From: Octopus sinensis
Taxonomy: Eukaryota
Reading direction: 5' to 3'
DNA length: 37,075 bases
Assembly: GCF_006345805.1 (NCBI RefSeq)
Contig: NW_021836801.1
Coordinates: 1-37,075, forward strand
This document shows, one piece after another, positions 11,089 to 22,379 of the stretch. Made by a program: the position numbers and the translations under genes. The notes under the pieces are model-generated. The model searched no databases, had not been told where the DNA came from, and saw only the letters and a program-made list of their open reading frames with translations. The first letter of the stretch is position 1. The number at the start of each line of letters is the position of its first letter.

Positions 11089-12687
11089 CAGTGGGTCAAA
11101 TTAGTCTTGGGACACTTGTATATTTTTAATAAAATTTTCTTTTCTTAAACATACCTGTTTTTATCTCATTTTTTTCAAAGGCTAAAAAATTAAGCAAAGT
11201 TTTTTACATAATAAAACATTTAAAATAATCCAAGGAAAATTTTATTTGAAAAATTTTGACATTTTTAAACAAACAGTCACAAAATCAAATGCTAATTAGT
11301 CTTGGGACAAATTACTTAATACTTTGTAAAGTATCCGTTATTCTCCAAAACTGCATTTAAGCGATTTTTATAATTGTTAACAAGCTTTTTACAAGTTTCA
11401 ACAGGAATTTTATTCCATTCTTCAAAACAAAATGATTTCAATTTCGCAATATTTTTTGGATTATGCGCCCATACTTTGGCTTTTAATTCCTTCCAAAGGT
11501 TTTCAATCGGATTAAGATCTGGGGACTGACTTGGCCATTCAAGGGTATCAATCAAATGTTCTTCTAGCCATTTTTGAGTTTTTTTGCGGTGTGCTTTGGA
11601 TCATTGTCTTGTTGAAATGTCCAATTTCCTGCAATACCACATTTCTCAATTGACGAAAATAGATTTTTTTCCAAAATATCACAGTATTTAGAAGCATTCA
11701 ATATTCCGTCAATTACATGAAGTTCTCCAACGCCCCAAGAAGAAAAACACCCCCATAGCATAATACTGCCACCTCCATGTTTAACTGTTGGTATGGTATT
11801 TTTGGACGATATTCATCCTTTGATTTACGCCACACGTAGCTTGTATAATTGTGTCCAAAAATTTCTATCTTTGTTTCATCCGACCAAATAATATTATTTA
11901 GAAAGTCGTCGTCTTTAAGTAAAATTTTTTTGGCATATTTTAGCCGTGCATGGACGTGTTTCTTAGTAAGCAGCGGAACTTTACGTGGACGACATTTATG
12001 GAACCCTTCTTTTCTTAGGGCATTTGTAACAGTCTGTGAGCATACTGGTGTTCCTATCTCACCCAAGTAAGTAGAGAGTTGTTTACGAGATAATCTCGGA
12101 TTATCAAGCACTTTTCGTCTAATTATGGAAATTGATCGAGATGATTTTTTTTTGGTTGTCCTGATCTTGGCTTATTTTTGGTAGTTTTAAATAATTTCCA
12201 TTTATTGATAATGTTCTATACTGTACTCTTCGGAATATGAACACTTTCGGAAATTTTTCGGATTGAGTTTCCTGCATTATATTCAAGAAGTATAAGTTTT
12301 TTTATTTCTTCTGAATGTTCCTTTCGCTTAGGCATGTACAAAATATTAATCGCAAATAATACTAATAATCATTTAAATATACGAATTAATCCAGAATTAG
12401 TATAATTTCGTTGATCGATATGTAGATCAATTCAATTATTTTATCAAAAAGTAAATAAATAACTAACTGTCCCAAGACTAATTGGAACATGATATTCTAT
12501 CTGTTGGAAATAAATGTGAAATTTTTCTATAAATAAAACGAATTTTGTAATTTTTTTATGATCTAGGATGTAAAGAGAACTAGGAGCACTATTATACTAT
12601 TGAAAAAAATTAAATAAAAACAGCTATGTTAACGAAAATAAAATTTTATTAAAAATAAACAAGTGTCCCAAGACTAATTTGACCCAC
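11089..12687 (-). mobile_element. Tc1-family IR/DR-type transposon inserted at a TA in Tigger copy A
   Basis: TA|CAGTGGGTCAAATTAGTCTTGGGACACTTG at left, inverted copy at 12660-12687. Inner 16-bp repeats at 11294-11309 and 12468-12483. Empty site GAATGCATAGATCAAG present in copy B near 33031-33046. Confidence 0.95.
11316..12335 (-). pseudogene. Tc1 DD34E transposase with one nonsense codon and frameshifts
   Basis: MPKRKE start at 12335; RSGQPKK, PRKVPLL, WSDETKIEIFG, KHGGGSIMLWGCF, FQQDNDPKH, WPSQSPDLNPIENLW; in-frame TAG at STV*NIINKW. Confidence 0.95.
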
Positions 12688-13325
12688 CAAGATATAAACA
12701 AAAATTGTTTAAAAGAAGATCAAGAGTTTGAAAGTAGCGACGAAGAGACAAAAATCATATATCCACTCAATAGAAAGAATATTGCAAGAAGATTAACTGA
12801 AATAGAAAGGGAACTTTACTGTAATGCAGAAAATAAGAATGATGTTTCGCTCATTTAAGAAATTACAAAGCAAAGTTAAAAAGAGCCAATAAAAAGGAAT
12901 TAGGGATTGAATTTTTTTAATAAAATTTAAACGTGTTTATTATATTTGTAGGTATTGATTTTTTTTCAAATTGGCCATAAAATTTGTATGTACCAAAAAT
13001 GGCCAATTTGCGAGGGTTCACTGTATACATTTTTCTGTTAAATTCTGCTAAATTAATCATTTTTTCTGTTAAATAACTACCTCAGTAAATGAAACGTTCA
13101 ATTTCAAAGATATACAGATTTGACGTATTGATTAATAGCTATGAATATTGTCAAAAGTAAAAAACTTGTTTCCAGTACTGAGGCTTTACTTTTCAAACTC
13201 AGTGGTTTATTTGTGTTTCATTCAAAATAGCAAATGGATTGTATAAAAAATGACAATAAGAAAGTTTATTTAGAAAATTTTTTATTTGGCTTGGGTCAAA
13301 AACAAAAATTAATAATATTAGTTTA

Positions 13326-13866
13326 TTAACATTGAAGGATAAATTCATACATATAGTTCGTTCTGTCATGGAACCCTGTTATAAATAATCATAATAAACA
13401 CTTTTTCTCATTTTACCACTGTAAACAAAACCCATTCTGGTGATTATTGGGATCAAGCCGCTCGTGCAGTCCAACACGATTTGCTGAACTTTTTCCTTTG
13501 TAAATTTGCGAATTAAACTTCTCAACAACACCTCATACATCCCCTCATTAATTTAATCATCAAAATAAACAAATCTTTTTGACAAAGAATGGTGATATTT
13601 CACTTGCTTAATGACCGCCCTTGTATCAGAAAATAACCAGCAAGACATGTGCTAACAATCATTTTAAAATTATAACCGCCTGAAGCTCTTCGTAGTGGTA
13701 ATAACCCAATGTCACTCGGTCAGATATTGACTCCTCATCACTCTCATCACATCCAATATCCCCAACCAGCCATTCATAGTTTTTTAGAGTTGGGGAATCT
13801 ACTGCTTGATTAGAACTCATTTGTACTGTTCTTTATTTCCCGGACTTTCAAATTTTCTTCAATCAT
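13326..13866 (-). CDS. GNAT-fold acetyltransferase-like protein, 145 aa, copy A, 5 exons
   Basis: Exons 13866-13827, 13801-13677, 13651-13571, 13543-13402, 13375-13326 joined by GT-AG introns of 25, 25, 27, 26 nt give an open 438-nt ORF. C-terminal half HSLSKRFGMYEVLLRSLIRKFTKEKVQQIVLDCTSGLIPIITRMGF resembles GNAT motifs A/B. Gene model is firmer than the family call. Confidence 0.7.
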
Positions 13867-14141
13867 TTAGTTTTTTAATTGCGGAAATATTCTTTAAGTG
13901 GGCTGTGGCTCGTGCGAATTGATTAGACATTTCAACTAATTGGTGTTCTCAAATAATTTAATTGATTGGTTCAGTTTTAATACTTCTGCCTAAAAAATCG
14001 ATCTTTAAAAAATCTTTAAGAAGCGTACTCTTCTCCTTAGTCGGTTCGGCTTACAATTCAAGGAGGTTAATCTAACACAAATATTTTTTTGATAAACTAC
14101 TTCCGTCTATTTATAAAATAACAATTGTGTCAAAATCGCTA

Positions 14142-15290
14142 CAGTCCGACTCCGAATTGAGGCAGACCCCAGGGGTGGAGCACCCTCGGATTTTGGGGCA
14201 CTATAAAATTGTGGGGAACGAAATTATAAGTAAATAAAATTATATTTTATTAATAAATACATAATTTAAATTTACACGTTTATTTACATTTTTTTGTTGT
14301 CAATGGTTATAAACTACGAAACAAAATTAAAGATTGCTAAATTGATATCGAAGAACAAATTATGTGAAAGACAGATAATTCAAAAATAAAAAACTAGTAA
14401 AGGAATGATTTCACGAATAAAAAACAATTGTGCCTTTTCTTGAACAAGGAACTGTAAACACGGATGAATATCCTATGCCTTATTGTGAGAAATCGAAATT
14501 TGATGATCAAGTTTTTGAAATATTTCAGAAACTACGGGAAGATAAAATTCCAATATCAGGTCCTTTCATAAAGAAAATCGCCTTATATACGGCTTCTAAG
14601 ATTGGATTTGATTCTTTCAAAGCTTCAAACGGCTGGCTTGACAGATTCAAAAAGCGTCATGAACTGAGATTCAAATCAATTTGTGGAGAGAAAAATTCTT
14701 ATTGAGTTTTTATTTTTGCCAAAAAATACAACACCGTATTTGCAGCCAATAATCAAGACCTTCAAAGATCATTACTCAAATTATCTGATTTGTGCTTTGA
14801 GGATGATGGTGATGAATTCAAACGGTCGATAAACAAAATAAACCTTCGTCAGGTAATTCTGCTAATTTCTAAACCTGGGAAAAACTTGATCCAAGTTTAA
14901 TATTTAATTGTTGGGATCAAATTGAAGATTCGTGATTCCGTAAGAATTGAAGATAGAATTACAGAAGAATTAATCAACAATGCCGTAAACGGAACATTGA
15001 ATGGTGAAAATGACGAATTCGTCAATAATTTTTATAACGAAGGTTTAGAAAACGATAAAATGGAAACAAGTCTACGAGAAACGCAAGATTTGTTTGATCA
15101 GTAAGAGAAGAAAATTTTTCACATATCTCGTGAAATGCTCAAAGAATTTTACGATTTTCGACTTAATTTTATGAAAAATGTAACAAGTAAAAGGAAAACT
15201 GGGGATAAATTAACTGATTATTTTTCTAAAATTGATTGTTGATGTTTAATTGAGCCTACAATTTTAAAAATTGACCTAAAAATATTATTT
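14142..15290 (+). mobile_element. Tigger/pogo element family 2, copy A, internally deleted
   Basis: TA|CAGTCCGAC 5' end; CENP-B HTH (IPISGPFIKK..FKASNGWLDRFKKRH..CGE) joined directly to the C-terminal FLPKNTTPYLQP. Right TIR not found, so the end coordinate is approximate. Confidence 0.85.
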
Positions 15291-15308
15291 ACAACTTAAT
15301 TTCATATA

Positions 15309-16120
15309 CAGTCAACCCACTCTATACTGAACAACTTTACATAATTACAAGCTTCATAGAGTGTCGGGACATGAATTTTTTCATCTTCCTCTAGTTCTTC
15401 AACTTCGTCTTGCTGTTTTAGTTTTCTCAAAAAGTTTTTTATACAGTTTTCCTTCGTCAATTTGATCATTTTCATGAATCAAAAATTTTTATCATCTATT
15501 TCTTCTATTTCTATCACTTTCTGTATTACACATTTTCTAATGGATTTTTGAAACAATTTGTAATTGTCAATTCCGATACTTATAACCAAGCTTGATTTAT
15601 GAATATCAAGCAATCAAAATTTTTTCAACTTTTGCGTATTTTTTTTGATCTGCATTCCCATCATTAGTATAGAATTCAATCTTGTGTGCAGTTGTCACAC
15701 TTGTCTGTGCATGATTTTATTATTCTTTGTTGTAACTTCGATGTTGTATTTGAGGCAAAAATGTACAGTAGCATTATCAAGTAAAATTCTAATTGTTGTT
15801 TTTTTAAATCATTTTTTGTTCAATTTTATGAGCCATTTTAAGAAATAATCATAACAGCTAGTGTTCTACTTAACAAAAGTTAAAAAAATCCAGTTTCGTT
15901 TTAATTTAAAATAATTTTTGAACAATATTGTTCTAATTTTCTACTGAGGTTTACAGTAAAGTCTTCAATCAAAGAGATAGAGACTTGAATCAATAGTACT
16001 CTCGGCAGTTGTGGACAGTTATAGAAAGAGGATCTCCTATTTTCCCTTGACCACATTCTCAAAGTGAAATCTTCGTTATGCAAAATCCTTCCGAAAAAAA
16101 TCAAGTGCGGTTAGTAACTG
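15309..16120 (-). mobile_element. Tigger/pogo element family 3, decayed deletion derivative
   Basis: Bounded by TA|CAGT and ACTG|TA with imperfect TIR similarity; minus-strand remnants ILLDNATVH and INQAW.VSELTITNCFK. Confidence 0.6.
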
Positions 16121-16552
16121 TAGGAGGCTGAAAAATAGGAGCTGGGTGTACTATAATTTTTTCACCTTTTAATTTTTTTCATTTTTTTTGAAAACTGAAA
16201 TCTGCAATGACGATTTGTAGATAGATGTGGATCGACACTAACATTTTCTTTCCACCTTTTGTTCATCTGATCAGTTAGTTGTGACTGTTGTTTTTGCTTG
16301 GTTTGAAACTATAATGTGCAACTTGATGGTTAATAAATAAAAAAAGTAAGAAGCGAACTACCGACAAATTACATATACTATATATTTGATATCTTTCCCC
16401 GACTTAAAACTATGAATAAAAGGGACAGAAATGGCAGGATACACCAGATATCTTTTCCGTTATTTATTCACGTGCTAACTTATCTACACTACTATAGCCA
16501 GACATTACATTTAATCAGGACTGTCTAAAAGTAAAAAGTTCAACAAAAATAA

Positions 16553-17870
16553 TCAAATAGCATATCCCTTGTAACACTTTTGGTGGTAGTCCTAAGAACA
16601 TCCGAAAAAGACAACTACCAATTCACCCACGCGGATGGCATCCTTCAAGACCCAGCCTTCGTCCTCCTCACAGTGCCTCCAACCCCTCATTGCACACACT
16701 ACATCGACTTGTACACCCAATCTGTACGTCCTCACATCCACTAACATCTGCGGCCTGAGGACTACTACTTCTGGTCTCCACACCCCAAATCCAGTCCTAC
16801 CAACAATCACCACACCACTACAGCATGCTTCCTGTATAGGTCTCGACATGTGGTCACAGCACTCCTCTTCTCCACCTGTTGGTTAGCTCGAAAGTGTCTG
16901 TCCAGGTGTCTCTTGTACAACTCTGCCTGCCCGTCCCTGAAGCGAAATGCACATGACCCACAGGCCACACCGTCGTAGAGAGTCCTCACGAATGCATCGG
17001 GGGGTCTAGGACAATACAAAGTGGGAGTACCTCGATAGACTCTCCAGAGTGAGATCGACCGGACTGTCCCCCTATCACACATATCAAACAACAACAGATT
17101 TATTCATCAAAATACAAGTCATCAACACTCTAGAATACCTTTCTCTCATTTCCTGTCTGCTGCCTCTACACTTCATTGCAAAGACAAACCGGAATGTGTC
17201 GCTTAGTAGATGCCCCTTCATTGTCAGTCTACAATATGGAGAATAGATCAACTAGAGTGGTGGGTTGTGTGTACTTTCCGGACTTGAATTGGTAGGTGAA
17301 GGCAGGGATCTCAGCCAGAAGTTTGATTTGTGGGACGGGGCCTCGAATAGATAGAGAAGCGAGGAGACCAGACAAGGCAATGGAGTGAGGGAGTCCAAAC
17401 AAGTGGACAACTCTGGGAGGGTCCCCAAATCCAATTTCATAGAACATGTGGCCAATGATCAACTCGTGACAAGGCCCACCAAAGGAGACAGTCCTGGTGA
17501 CCCCATCAATGTCGAGTTGACTGGGCTTGGTCAAGTCGAAAGTGTAGGTGGTGTGGTCGATGGTGGTGAGATCACGGATTCCGGGGAGAAGGAGACCGCT
17601 CTGGCCTGATGGGCGACATAGACGAAGGGAATGAGCTCATCGAAGACAACAGTGTGATGTCGGCCGTCGATGATGACCATTTTGGGAGGTGGGCGGAATC
17701 TGAGTGTGTGTCCATCAGGAAGGGTGACAGGGCAACCACCGTACTGGGCGACGACCTGTCCGTCCATGATGACATTGTTGGTGGGACTGTCCACTCGGAT
17801 CTCCCATCTGCCACACTGCATGGGAGGTGCGTCTGCTCTGGCCTCCACAGGGAGGAGTTTTAGAAAATAA
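16553..17870 (-). CDS. PCF11: PCF11-like pre-mRNA cleavage factor, C-terminal half (two apparent frameshifts; 5' part not found)
   Basis: Spliced reading gives DLTLESLSRPPDAFVRTLYDGVACGSCAFRF..YKRHLDRHFRAN, DWI, CSVCNEGLEAL(W)EEDEGWVLKDAIRVGELDYHQKCY: the two PCF11/Clp1-interacting zinc fingers. Introns 17252-17229 (24), 17189-17166 (24), 17138-17072 (67), 17030-17006 (25), 16821-16797 (25), 16618-16592 (27). Frame breaks at 17583-17586 and near 16670. Confidence 0.85.
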
Positions 17871-19440
17871 CTAAACAAAAAAAGGAATAATTGAAGAAGT
17901 AATAACTATTAGCAAACAACCATTATATAATAGAATTTTACTATAAATAAAAAATATATGAATCTCACGGGAATAATTTGTATGAATATATTTTCTAATA
18001 TCATGTTATTAAAGTATAATGAACATAGTAAACAAATGCTGTTGTATTTTTCGGAAAACTTCACCTACGGGGAAAAGAAAATTTTTATTAATAAAAAGCC
18101 TAGATTACAGCTGGGTCTCGGGTACATTATATTATTTCCTGGTCCACAACTGTTACGAGCGAACTTTTTATTCGTTCATGAAGAATAACTTGCATGGGTA
18201 TATTTTTTAATTTTATGAATTAAAGTATAATGAAAATATAAAATTGTATCTTTACTCTGAGGCTACATCTAAAACGAAAAACTCCCATGCACGAGAAAGA
18301 AACAATAATAAAATATGAATAATCAGTGATGTAGAAATATTTGCATTTCTTGATGTAATTTCAATATAAAAGAAATATTTGAAAAGTATAAAGAAACACA
18401 TATGAGGTTTACTGCCTGGCTTTCTACGCGTCGAGAAGAAATTCTCGTAAAAAACAAGCCTACATTATAACTGGGCTACATAGTTTTATGAACTAATTTG
18501 ACGCAGCATCAATGCATTTTCAATATGATAAACACAATTATTTTGATTTCCATATTTTATCATAATTGAAGTATACATTGGTGTAGGGGTGCCCACTTGG
18601 ATCAGGACCTACACAACAGAGATTCCCAACTGGAATTATTCCGCCGCTGTGTAGGAGCCCTGACCAAACTTGGAGTGGATATGGATATGCAGCAAGAGCT
18701 CCTGCTAGAAGGGAGCAATTCAGCAACATAGCCACTATTAACTCTGGCTCACGACAGATAAATTGGACGCAAGCTCAGAAGAGTTCAGTTGCCTTGGCAT
18801 CAGTCTCGTCCTATCACCGTCCTTAATTCCTGTCACTTTCTCTTTCTCGGTTAATTACAATAAACTTGTTCGTTTGTTAGCTTGGCAAAATGGGTATTTC
18901 TCAATTATAAATTTTTTATTGACAAAATCAATTTTTTTTCTAAGCACACAAGTGTAACGCGTCTGGACGGGTCGCACGTCTGGACTGTGACATTTTATAT
19001 TGTAGAGATCTTAATAATATTCTGGGAGTGGGGACTCATATTTACTAAATCAGCACTGGATACGCGTACATTTCTTATAAGATTTACAAGAGGGATTTTT
19101 TGGTCTAAATTTCATCATAAAATGTGTATGTGTTTTTATTCTTTTTCTTTTCTAGGATCTTGGGGTTGTTGTAGTACAGCCTTAAGACGCGGCTGAACTT
19201 TTCACGCTCATCTTAGGGTTGCCCTTTAACTCTCTACATTCTAGCAAGTTCAGTTTGGTTCGACATCCAAATCCATGTTATATAAGGACATTTTTGAGCA
19301 AATTTCAGAAAGAAATAATATAAACAAGTTTTCATTTCAAAGTAGTTAATAATTTACAGAACGACAAATACGTACTTATATTGTTTGCAAGACGTAAATT
19401 ACAATAATTTTTTTAAACAAATTAGGTCAAGAGAAAAATC

Positions 19441-19605
19441 GTCATTGGCAGATAGCCAGAGTATTTCCTCTGACTATGGCCATAGATATTCTTTCGATTA
19501 AATACCGGTGCTCACACGGGTCGCCGGTAACCCTTTCGATTAATGAGGCAATGCGCTGGAGTAGGGTCCGAGTAGAAGGCCCCTGTATTCCTGACGTCTC
19601 AATGA
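19441..19605 (-). repeat. Second copy of the CRE-like C-terminal segment (matches 19885-20047)
   Basis: 165-bp direct repeat with a few differences; encodes IETSGIQGPSTRTLL..TGDPCEHR..SIAIVRGN. Confidence 0.9.
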
Positions 19606-19884
19606 ATGATTAGAGACATTTTTATAAGTGTTTAAAAATACAAATTAAAACGTATTGTAATAAGTGTTGATATCCGGGTATTATCGCGATCTATCATGAT
19701 AAATTGATACAAAATTGTCTAAATGACATTCATTTCATATAAAAATCATAAAACTAGATCAAATACTTTGAAAATCAATATATTCGCATTACTTAAATTT
19801 ACCGTATTATTGTAATAATAAATTTTAAATAAAACTAACCGTCTCTCGACGATATAAAATATATTTTAAATCAAAAGAGAAATA

Positions 19885-20620
19885 GTCATTGGCAGATAGC
19901 CAGAGTATTGCCTCTGACTATTGCTATAGATACTTTCGATTAAATTCCGGTGCTCACACGGGTCGCCGGTAACCCTTTCGATTAATGAGGCAATGCGCTA
20001 AAGTAGGGTCCGAGTAGAAGGCCCCTGTATTCCTGACGTCTCAATGACATAATTTGATATTCTGATTAGAAAAGGAGTTCACACACGTGACGTCCCAAAC
20101 CAGACACTTTCCCCTCTGGAATGGAAATGTGGTCATCCCATCGGGTCTTCTGCCGTCCTCTACGAAAATCCCTGCAGGTTCCAATTGTGTGTGGAATCCA
20201 GCAGTTCGAAGAGATCGACAGATGATCTGGTTCAGTTCGGAATGCCGTGAGGAACGTCCAATTCCGTTTCGACATGAGAGGGAGTGATATCCAAACTCGT
20301 CAGTCCACATTCCGCACCGGCATTGGTGTTTTGCATAGACGCGTAGACCGAGGCGCAGACAAACTCCTATTCTTACGGCTTCATCATTAAGAAGGCAGCC
20401 AGTTGTATTACAAGGGTAACAGTTTAGCCACGCGCCGCTTAGGGGCTGGCTGCCCGCTTGTAAACAAGCCAACCTTCTCTGGTCCATGGTTTCCTTTAGG
20501 CATGAAAACGTATTGGCGTGGACTTTCGACGTCCACTCCGATTGGCAGGTCACATCAGATGGCAATGGCAATCCCAGCTTTTCTCATACGGCGACGCAAT
20601 CATCCACAGCAAATGATTTC
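19885..20620 (-). mobile_element. CRE-like non-LTR retrotransposon, 3' fragment with RLE domain
   Basis: SGAWLNCYP, LRLG, CRCG..H.LSC, SRHSELN, EP..RRPDG, LVWDVTC, then after a deletion ETSG.QGP and SIAIVRGN. Confidence 0.9.
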
Positions 20621-20825
20621 CTCTGTTCGTTTATTTGAGAAAGAACAATAATTTTTGTTAATTTAGGCCCCTTTTATTAAAACAGCGTTACATCCATTTT
20701 TATGTGTTAACCCGTAATTATTAAATATAAATAATAGTTTGTCGTTAGTGGTAAGATTAAGTAAGCAAAAAGTTAAGATAATTTAAATTCATGCAAAATC
20801 TGAGGTGAATGGAATTCTGTTCGAG

Positions 20826-21120
20826 AACCAGTCAGGTACTTGGAGGGATTGCCAGCCAGCTAAGGAACAGGCACTGATCAACAAATGCCTTGCGAGAGCC
20901 TACGGAAACTCACTAGTGTCGATGTGGGTGGATGTGAAGAAGATGACCATGCCTACCTTGTTGAGTATCTGCAAAGACTCAATTTGCCTTCTTACTTTAT
21001 AATTTGTTGTGACTGTAATGGACAGATGGAACATGCACTACAACAAATACGAGGTTAAGGTAGAGAGGGGCATATTACAGGGCGACAGTATGCCTCTGTT
21101 GTTGTTTGTTTTTTCATTAA
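20826..21120 (+). mobile_element. RT fragment of the NeSL/R4-like family
   Basis: AKEQALINK, MWVDVKK, DHAYLVEYLQRLNLP, VERGILQGDS.PLLLFV. Confidence 0.8.
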
Positions 21121-22379
21121 AACTCAATATCTTTCATAATTTTATCATCGAACTGAGGCAGCAAGACCCGTCCCATAAGCCAATATTTTACGCTCTTTTA
21201 AACTCTGAGTTATTTGAAAGGAAAATTAAGTAATTAATGTTGGAGAAAATTTTATTGGGTCGAAGGGGGGATTGATAAAATCTGATTTCTTCTGCTCAAA
21301 ATGATAACTAAATAATTCAAGTTATAAGGTCTGATTTTGAATCATAAATTTGAGTTATCAACCGGTTTTATAACTTACAACAAACAATAGTTATTTTCCA
21401 TAAATCAGACGTACTGGTAACTTAAGCTACTAATAGCTCGGAGATGATCGTCCAGAATTGTTCACATACTCAACAGAGTTTCTATATGCTTGAAAGTAGC
21501 TAATTTTGATGCTTTTTAGTAGTCAACAATTTTTAATAAAGTTAATTTTTTAATTTTTTGCTCTTATATTTTCTGGCGATTTGAGGATACCTGATTGTTA
21601 AATGCTTTTTTTGTTTCAGTAAAATTTTTAATTTTAATTATTCAATATAAAGATGTGGCCTCAGAATGGAAGAAACTCCTTAGGGAGGCGCATCATTTGA
21701 AAACCTCTGCTGTAGACTATGATGTTATTTTCTTCATCGACAAAGTAATACTCATGATTAATCCCACCTGATTGTACATTTGCGAAACTATTGGCAGTTT
21801 TTGATTTACGTTTCTGTATTTATTATGGGAATACTCGAAACAAATTTGAATTCCTAATTCTTTAGAACACAAGCAAAATTTCGAGCAATTTAAACACTAA
21901 ACAACACCCACAACAGAACCAGCGCATGTAAGGGCCCGTAGGTGACTAAGGTCTTGTTTGCGGCAGTTGCGCAAAGAGAATTTTACAAAAGAGAACAAGG
22001 AAGTTAATTATTTTAATTAGTTTCGAATTATGAGTCTGTCTTATAAGTTACCTTTTTGATTGCTGTGCGGCTGTTACAAAGCTTGGAAGCCCATCTGGAA
22101 GTCCATTCATGTTTGAAATCCGTATGTTAGGCAGCCTTGCAATTAAGACAAACCTATTAGGAAACCCTGCGATTACTATTCAGTCACAAACGCGATCATT
22201 TACGTGGTTTGGAGTTTTGGTGATCCCTGACACTATGGATTGGCCACACTAATATTACTGAGCAGTAACTATGCAGAATAATCAGATGTCTTGACCCCAC
22301 AATATGAACTCGTATCAAAAAAACACCTCAAATTTAAAAGGTTATTCAAAATTCCTACAGAAATATTTTATCCGACTTG

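Larger units (their letters stand above)
9879..13023 (+). mobile_element. Tigger/pogo element family 1, copy A (5'-truncated, interrupted by Tc1)
   Basis: CENP-B HTH (PKFPTREEKLIEWIQ), DDE_1 motifs (YNLDEIALYY, KPVMIGKP, QKAWMT, ILLLIDHCPAH, LQPMD, TIQNCF). 3' TIR ...CCAATTTGCGAGGGTTCACTG ends at 13023, followed by TA. Confidence 0.9.

Noticed and set aside
18538-18840. Open frames on both strands in a moderately GC-rich patch
   Set aside because: No recognisable motif or consistent splice model on either strand.
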